From contig CAVTBU010000005.1 of NCBI GenBank assembly GCA_963733035.1, forward strand, positions 288,001 through 352,000: 64,000 nt of DNA, written 5' to 3'. This DNA comes from Pirellulales bacterium. Lineage in GTDB: Bacteria > Planctomycetota > Planctomycetia > Pirellulales > PALSA-1355. The position numbers were made by a program, and so were the translations under genes. The notes beneath the pieces are model-generated. The model was given only the letters and a program-made list of their open reading frames with translations. It was not told the origin of the DNA and ran no database searches. Shown here in pieces: positions 63,402-64,000 of the stretch (positions are counted from its first letter, which is position 1; each line of letters opens with the position of its first letter).

Positions 63402-64000
63402 TCAATCGTTGGCCGCTTCTTCGGAGAGTGGTTCCGGCAGAAAGAAACACGCGACGCTTCCGACGAAGAACACGAAGAAGGCCACTGCAGCCGCCGCGTT
63501 GGCGATTTGCATGGGGGGCGATCCGCCTGGCATATATTTGCTAAGCAAGAGCGTGATGGCGGCGAAAGAGGTTCCAATCATTCGACCACCGATGTTCGCG
63601 GCAAATCCCTCGCCCGTGCCACGCAAGTGGACGGGATAGGCGCGCGGCAAGTAGTTACCCAGGAAGCTAAACTGCCCGACGACGAACAAGCCGGCGAGGA
63701 ACGCCCCGACGGTCAGAGCGTTGAGACTGTGCTTGGGAGCCAGCACGAAGATCAACGGCACAATGATCAATCCCGGCACCTGGAATACCCGCAACAGCGA
63801 CCGCCGGCTAACGATTCGCACGGCAAGGATGGCGAGCAGAACACGGCCAACGAGGCCTCCGACCTCCTGCACTTCGCCGATAAAGGCAGACGTTTCCTGT
63901 TCGTGCTGTTTTTGCGCGGGGACCGGCATCTCGGAGATCTTGGCCTTGAGGTCGGGCACGCCAGGCACGATCTGCCGAATCTGCTGGATGGCACCGAACG
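63402..64000 (-). CDS. MFS transporter, 5'-partial
   Basis: YLPRAYPVHLRGTGEGF, C-terminal LPEP; runs off the window edge. Confidence 0.8.
   Translation of the reverse strand, partial: FGAIQQIRQIVPGVPDLKAKISEMPVPAQKQHEQETSAFIGEVQEVGGLVGRVLLAILAVRIVSRRSLLRVFQVPGLIIVPLIFVLAPKHSLNALTVGAFLAGLFVVGQFSFLGNYLPRAYPVHLRGTGEGFAANIGGRMIGTSFAAITLLLSKYMPGGSPPMQIANAAAAVAFFVFFVGSVACFFLPEPLSEEAAND

Overview
GC-rich bacterial window whose gene content points to a planctomycete, probably Pirellulales-like (inference): PVC-type heme protein, PEP-CTERM protein, GPTAVEY Flp pilin, PDZ-containing YidC. Main blocks: an imuA-imuB-dnaE2 mutagenesis cassette with a palindromic operator; a Tad/Flp pilus locus headed by a c-di-GMP-I riboswitch in a ~540-nt leader; an adjacent glycosylation-like cluster (three GT-C-like membrane proteins, a GT2, a prenyltransferase-repeat protein and a Tat-type DUF362 protein); yidC-mnmE; tRNA-Ala(GGC) followed by two back-to-back truncated genes; and a ~186-nt rod-shaped RNA with the architecture and sequence elements of 6S RNA, whose upstream flank can refold its closing stem. 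Six genes are frameshifted, including the normally essential yidC. All but one of the break points are repaired by restoring a GCGCGC hexamer, which suggests a motif-specific (possibly methylation-driven) long-read error rather than true pseudogenes. No CRISPR array, rRNA, transposase or integrase was seen. All protein calls come from motif recognition by eye, not database searches.
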